DNA of 64,000 bases. Origin: Minutocellus sp. GHC0000111 (taxonomy: Eukaryota). The stretch is taken from assembly GCA_977018835.1 (NCBI GenBank), contig OZ361260.1, positions 1,860,001 through 1,924,000 of the forward strand, in the 5' to 3' direction. The notes beneath the pieces were generated by a model, which searched no databases, was not told the origin of the DNA, and was given only the letters and a program-made list of their open reading frames with translations. Positions within the stretch are counted from its first letter, which is position 1, and the number at the start of each line of letters is the position of its first letter. The translations under genes were made by a program, and so were the position numbers. Of this stretch, positions 58,309-64,000 are shown piece by piece.

Positions 58309-60583
58309 TTATCTTTTTTTTCTTGCTTTCTTTGCCTTCCTTCCGCTGCCTTCTGATATTTTACTTTTCTCTTCCCCCGTGTCTTCATCATGCCCTTTTC
58401 TCGATCTCATGCTTCGTCTTGTCTCAGGTCCTCGTACCGATACTCTGTCCTCTCCTTCATTTCCAGTATCTCTTTCGGGAGTCTCTGGCTCCTTCTCGTT
58501 GCTTTTCTCATTCATCTTTTTCTGCGGCGTATCATGGTTATTTTCATCTTGACCTCTCTTTTGTTCTTCCTCGTCGTCTCCTGTGGCTTTTCTTTTTTGA
58601 GTATCTCCGTCGTCATTCGTTGACTCTGGCGTGTTGCTTTTATTTCGAGTCTTTCCTTGTGGCGTTGCTTGGCTTATCTCGTCTTGTCCCCTCTTCTTTC
58701 CTGCTTCGGCTATAGCTGCGACTCTTTCAAGTGTTTTTGTTTTAGTGCTCCCATCCTGATCCATTGCTTCTTCGAGTAGGTCTGTTATCTTTTCAAAATC
58801 GCTCGTCATATTTCCAATGCATGAATCCTTGCGTTGCGCTGCTGTCATCCTCTTCTGTGGCGTCGCTGACTTAAGTTCTATGCCTCCTTCCTTCGTTTCT
58901 ACTTTCACATATCTCTGGATGAAGTCCGTTTGTGCTACGAACGCCTCTCCTTCTTTTGGTTTTCCCATTACCATATTGTTCATGACGCATCGGAGCATTA
59001 TTTCTTTTGGTACTAAGCTCATCACTCTTTGTGAATCCTCATTTACGTGCTCGCTCACCTTAATTGCTCCTGTTGAGTTGAATAATATTTCAAATTCCTT
59101 ACCTCCTCTCGTTACCGTATGGTTTCTAGTTTTCTCCTCTTGCGGCACTGGCGATCCTTCTTCTTCTCTGTCGTACAGTAGGACTCTATCTAAATTGAAT
59201 CTTTCTGGTCTCACCGTGTATTCATTCGCCACAAAGGAATAATGAAAGAATAGTACTCGTTCGATCAAGGTATTCATGTTTTTCAGAGGACTGATGGCTT
59301 CAAACGTCAAGTCATCTAACGGATGTCCTTGGCATATTACCTGTTCTGTTTCCTCATCACTCTTCTCTAGTCCTCCGAGATCCAGTTCATTTCCACTATC
59401 CAGTATTCCTCCTGGTGCTATTAGGCGCAATAAGAAAGAACTAGCCAATGCTTCTCTTGTTGGCCGCATCGAGTTATCGTTTCCATGGTCTGCTATCATT
59501 TTGCAGGTCTCTTTGAATATTAATGATCTTGCTGTTGCTTGGTATTTCCCGGAGCAATATCTGAAGGTCTTCGCTCTTCCATCTCTTTGTAATGGCGTGT
59601 CCATTATCTCATACATGTCTTTCGCCATTAAGTCCGCTGGGATAGAACAGAGATTATTAGCATGAACAAACATCTGATACAAAGTCCTCAAATCTACATT
59701 TCTAATCTGAGCTGCGGCCATCGTCGCATTGATCCCTCCATCTACTAGCATAGCCGCTGTTAATACATCCGCTACAATGCTGAATCCTGTTATCTGATAA
59801 GCATATGGCTTTCTCTGTGTCGGTAGACCCTTCGCGACCCAATGCTTTCCATAATTGGAGTCATAATTCCCTTTAGGCGGTGAATGGTTGGTCATGTGAT
59901 GTCATTCAATTCGACGGGATTGTTAGTACAGTTCCATATTCAAATTTTGCTCATATATCTTTGTTGTATATTCAACAAAAGTAAATATCACAATTCTTGC
60001 ATTTTTCTAGTTTCCAGTACTCACCAATCATCACGAATTTCTTCCCTTTCATATTCACCTTCTTCTCGAAGTATTGTCCTAGTGGATCTTCTTTCGTGTA
60101 CTTTTCCCAGTACGGTATTGACTCCAACTTTGTTAGCGTCTCAAATCTCTGGGCTGTGCACCCTAAAGTCTTCACTCTTGTATTCATCCCGCTAGCTTTC
60201 GCGTGGTCATCAACCATCGATCTCAAGGGGTGACATTCGCTCTTCTCTACTCCTTCTGCGGCTTTCATAACTATCTTGACAGCTGCTTGGAGGACTTTTT
60301 CATACTTCTTCAGCGCCTTGTCATCTCCATTCCAGAATTCTTCTCTTCCTATTCCTCCGATGTTTGCCGCTACACCCCTCGCTCGCTCAAGGAGAGTCAC
60401 GATTAATGTCATAACTGACAACCCTGCTTCCGTCGCTTGGGCATTCGTCGCAGCGGTTCCTATTGCGCACATTTGTTCCGGGGTCATGGAAGGGTACCAC
60501 GCAACATTCCACTCATTTGTTGCGATAGGCATCGTTGCTGTGATTCGTGTTGGATTAATCTTGTCCATTTCTTCGTTGCTCAT
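58309..60583 (-). CDS. Hypothetical protein (2 exons; intron 59871-60024)
   Basis: ATT G|gtgagt...ctaac...aaag|GG AAT joins the 203-aa and 528-aa ORFs in frame; charged, basic tail. Confidence 0.55.
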
Positions 60584-60705
60584 TTATATTTGACTCTTGG
60601 GGTCTGTTGGGTAACCTAGCATCAATTTTCTCGCCTCTACTGTTCGTTTTGCACCATTAATTTGGACAGACTGCATAATATGAGAAAAGTGGCAATGATT
60701 AAGAT

Positions 60706-62739
60706 TCAGCTCTCGAGGGGCATTGTACATTTCATTTTTCTACATCTCATCTTTTTCTCATTACTTACCTCAATTCTTGAACTCCATTCTTCTCCCAGTG
60801 ACGAAACGGAGAATGCCTCTGCATAACCAGCGATCTTTGCAAGTCTCCTACTAGACCTTTCTCGAACAACCCTTTCAAGTTTCCTAAGGGTTGCAATCCT
60901 GAGTATCGCCTCCTCCTCCTCATCATCGTCCTTTTCATAGTTTTCTAGGATTCCACTCTCTTCGTCCTCTGTGAGTAAGACACCCTTCGATGTTTCATGG
61001 GCTCTACTTATCGATGCTAGTTCGTGGAACTGTACCTTGGTCATATCTTCCATAAATCCATCGAACCCTTCCAGCGTAAGTCTTTCTTTCATTTTCCTTT
61101 CCTTGGTTCTTTTGAACGCTTCATCGTTATTCTGAAAGGATGGTTCTCCTCCTGCATAGTCTCTAGCATCCATTACCATCGCAATGTTCGGGACATCATA
61201 GTACACTCGGTGCTCTTCCAGATATTTATTCTCTACATCTCCAGACTTTCTCCTGTCTATAGAAATGTAGACGCCTTCAAAGATCTTTTCGTATATTTGT
61301 CCATCCTCTATCATCTGATTCAGCTTCGAACCTTTCTTCACCGACCACATGTACACTGTGTCAATGGTTTCCTTTCGTACGTCATTCTGAACATCACCTC
61401 CCGGAATAACCAAACCATTTTGTATCGGGATTCTATCTTCAATTGTTGGGTGTGTTCTTGGATTACTTCCTTCGACTATTCCAATTACCGATTCTTGGTC
61501 CTGAAAACCATACCGGAAGAAGGAGACCGCGGCTATCGATCCCATCTTTATACCCCTCGGAGCTATTAAAGGTGCTTGCCTGTTGTATTCATCTGCATCA
61601 TCCTCGGCTTCCTTGCCCTTTTTCTTCGATCCCTTTTCCTTTTCTGATCCAGCCTGCTTATGGAAATAAAGTACACAAATCATTAGTGCTGGTAGCTCGG
61701 TTCATCTTTAGAACCCTTCAAATGCTAATTAACAATCATCTTTTCATACATACATACATACATACATACCTGTTTTTTCCCTTCCAATGTATCTTCTGCC
61801 TCTTCTTTTCCGTCCTCGTCTGATCCATCCTCTACTGATCCATTATTTCCTCCTTCTTCCTCATTGTTTGTTTCCTCGTCTTCATCTAGTTCCAGATTTT
61901 CCTCTTCTTCCGCGGATCTCTCTACTCTGTCGCTCTGGTCGTCCTCGGCATCTCCTTTGTCCTCATCGTCGGTCACCGTCATATCTTTCTTCTTCTTTTC
62001 AGCAATCTTCTGCAGTGCTTTATCCACTTCGTTCGGAGTTATATTCGGGTCCTTTTTTGCATTATTAATTGAAACCACCCTCTCTGCCCACTCTTTGGGA
62101 CATGCCATTCCACCTCGAGCCATCCCTTTACGATAACCTCTGACTGTTTTAATCGTCCTCTCGAATCCTTCGTCGGACAAGTCATACTTTTCGTCTAGCT
62201 CATAGACTCGGCGTAGCCACGAGACTAATTCATCACCACTATACTCATTTGTCGTCACCACCTTGCATCTAACGTCCGAGTAGTCTCATTTGCACCGCGA
62301 CCACATTTTTCATTGCCTTCATAAATCCCTCCTTAGGGAAATAATCATCATCTTCAAATTTCGCTAGCCTCGATCCAACTTCATGGATAATGTATTTCAG
62401 CAACATAGGCAACTCATTATCGCTCTTCTTCTTACTTGTTTCCTCCATTATTGCCTCATATGCCATGTGCGGCCCTACAACATCGCCAGGGGTGTCCCTG
62501 ACGTACAATTTACCTCCTTCTTTGACCTTCGTTTTAATCTTTGCTTGGGAATAAATTAAAAGCAAGGCCTCTTTCCACGCATGTGTTTCTGGTGTCCCTT
62601 GCTTCGCTGTAACACATTGATTCTGCGCTTCTTCCTTCGTGAAGCCACATGCTTCATAGATAACTTGCAAGCATATTTTTATTTCATTTGGTACGCGACT
62701 CAGGGCTACCTTCCGTGGCTTTGACGATTTCGTACGAGC
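60706..62739 (-). pseudogene. Hypothetical acidic protein, multi-exon (intron 61654-61769), frameshift at about 62270; 5' exon(s) unresolved
   Basis: CAG|gtatgt...cag|GCT in-frame join; acceptor with CTAAC branch site at 62740; GR*/RCKVVTT junction. Confidence 0.45.
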
Positions 62740-63542
62740 CTGTGTTGCATTCAGTTCAAAAGCACGGAAAAGTGTTAGTGAGTTTAGACGGTAGGAAACC
62801 ACATGTGTACTTATTAGAGTCTTTGCATATATATATTTTTGTTGAATATTCAACATTGATAAATGACATCCATTCTCTTTTTCGTGCATTTACTTCTGTT
62901 GAATATTCCACAAAAATAATTGTAATGTTCGCTCGTCGTCTGCTTGGAGGATCTTTTTGCGTACAATACAGACACCGATAAACCGGATCACACATAGGGA
63001 TACTTCATATATTCAACGGTTGGATATCTTTCGACGTGTTTCGACTCTCTGTCCCCGGAGAGAGCGAACCCGCTTCCGCTCTCACAGCCCTTCCCACCCT
63101 CCATCCTCCGTCTCGCACTGCTCTCATTGTCGCCTGTTGCGTTGTATTGGTTTCGTTTTCTCACCATGGTTGATATTATGCGGCGTCTCTCTTTGTGATT
63201 CCACGATTTCTTCTCTTCGGTCTTTCGACGAGCTTCCTTTTCTGATGAATGGCTGAGAAATGAAGTGTATTTTGCTACGTCGTCAGTTCTTCGTCCGTTT
63301 TGCACTTTCGAGTGAGAGTTTGACGCAATCTCTTTGGTGCGGTTTCTTTTTGACCCTCGCGTCTCATCTTTGCTATCAACTTCTCTCTCAAAAAACTGAC
63401 GTAATTTCCGAGGCATATATTTTCCCAAACTGACGCAAGTTTTGTTGATTGCTTTGGTGTCAAGGACCATGTCTTTCTTCACGCCGTATCTTCTCCAAGC
63501 CGCTCTCTTCGGTTCATTTATTCATTTTTTTCTCTCTTTGCA

Positions 63543-64000
63543 ATGGCTCTTCGTAGTGGAAAGAAGAGAGTTCCTTCGCCGGATCCTGTCCCCTCCCCTC
63601 AGTCGACGCCAACGAAGAAGGCGGCGATGGAGTCGACTCCTCCATCCGAAGAGTCTCCCACTTCAGTTGCCGCTTCCGCCGTTGGGGCCGTATCCATCGG
63701 CGACAAGAATGATCTTGCCAGTCCTCACGTGTCATCTTCTTCCGGTGTGCAGGCTGCGGGATCTGATTCTTCCAAGTCCCCTGATCCATCGCAGATCGCT
63801 TTCCTCGAGATGCTCAAAGCCAACAACCCCGAGGCCACCAAATACATCAGCCAACTCATTTCCCAGCTCGACGACAATTTCTCAATCTACGGTGGCACCG
63901 GCAAGGTGTGCTTTTCGGTCTATGGTCAGTATGTGTTCATGGATGTCAATCCTCTTCTCGTGATTCAGGTCGCTATGACCTGGCTCGATCACGAGAAGAA
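63543..64000 (+). CDS. Hypothetical protein, runs off the window end
   Basis: MALRSGKKRVPSPDP... open to position 64000. Confidence 0.45.
   Translation, partial: MALRSGKKRVPSPDPVPSPQSTPTKKAAMESTPPSEESPTSVAASAVGAVSIGDKNDLASPHVSSSSGVQAAGSDSSKSPDPSQIAFLEMLKANNPEATKYISQLISQLDDNFSIYGGTGKVCFSVYGQYVFMDVNPLLVIQVAMTWLDHEK

Noticed and set aside
57275..58715. Long hydrophobic plus-strand ORFs as membrane proteins
   Set aside because: Explained by T/C-rich composition and antisense overlap with charged minus-strand genes.

Overview
Eukaryotic nuclear DNA, almost certainly from a diatom or related ochrophyte: GT-AG introns, bipartite signal+ASAF-type plastid presequences, and RxL/PSxx cell-wall proteins. 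Host genes include a DIX-domain protein, an arrestin-C2 protein, an HSD17B14-like SDR, an ankyrin protein, an SLC25 carrier, a mucin-like protein, DUF179, an ATP-grasp ligase, a cytochrome b5-like protein, RlmH, HemC, a MerT/HMA-like protein, AP-4 mu and a leishmanolysin-like protease. About a quarter of the window is two copies of a Kolobok-type DNA transposon (17-bp TIR, TTAA TSD, DDE transposase plus convergent KolX gene). In one copy the left-end+transposase module is tandemly triplicated (3 x 3103 bp); the other carries a nested GAG-ended MITE. Most notable: (1) repeats show strong, apparently directional loss of TpA to CpA/TpG, the mirror image of fungal RIP; (2) a gene joins a UDG-superfamily-like domain to 36-aa TALE/mTERF-like repeats; (3) KolX is fused to an RPA70N-like OB fold; (4) the amplified 840-aa transposase ORF has lost its first catalytic Asp through compensating frameshifts; (5) about half of the host genes carry frameshifts or nonsense codons; (6) an ORFan island at 57-64 kb carries a recurring 16-bp palindrome. 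All domain calls are by-eye motif recognition; no searches were run.
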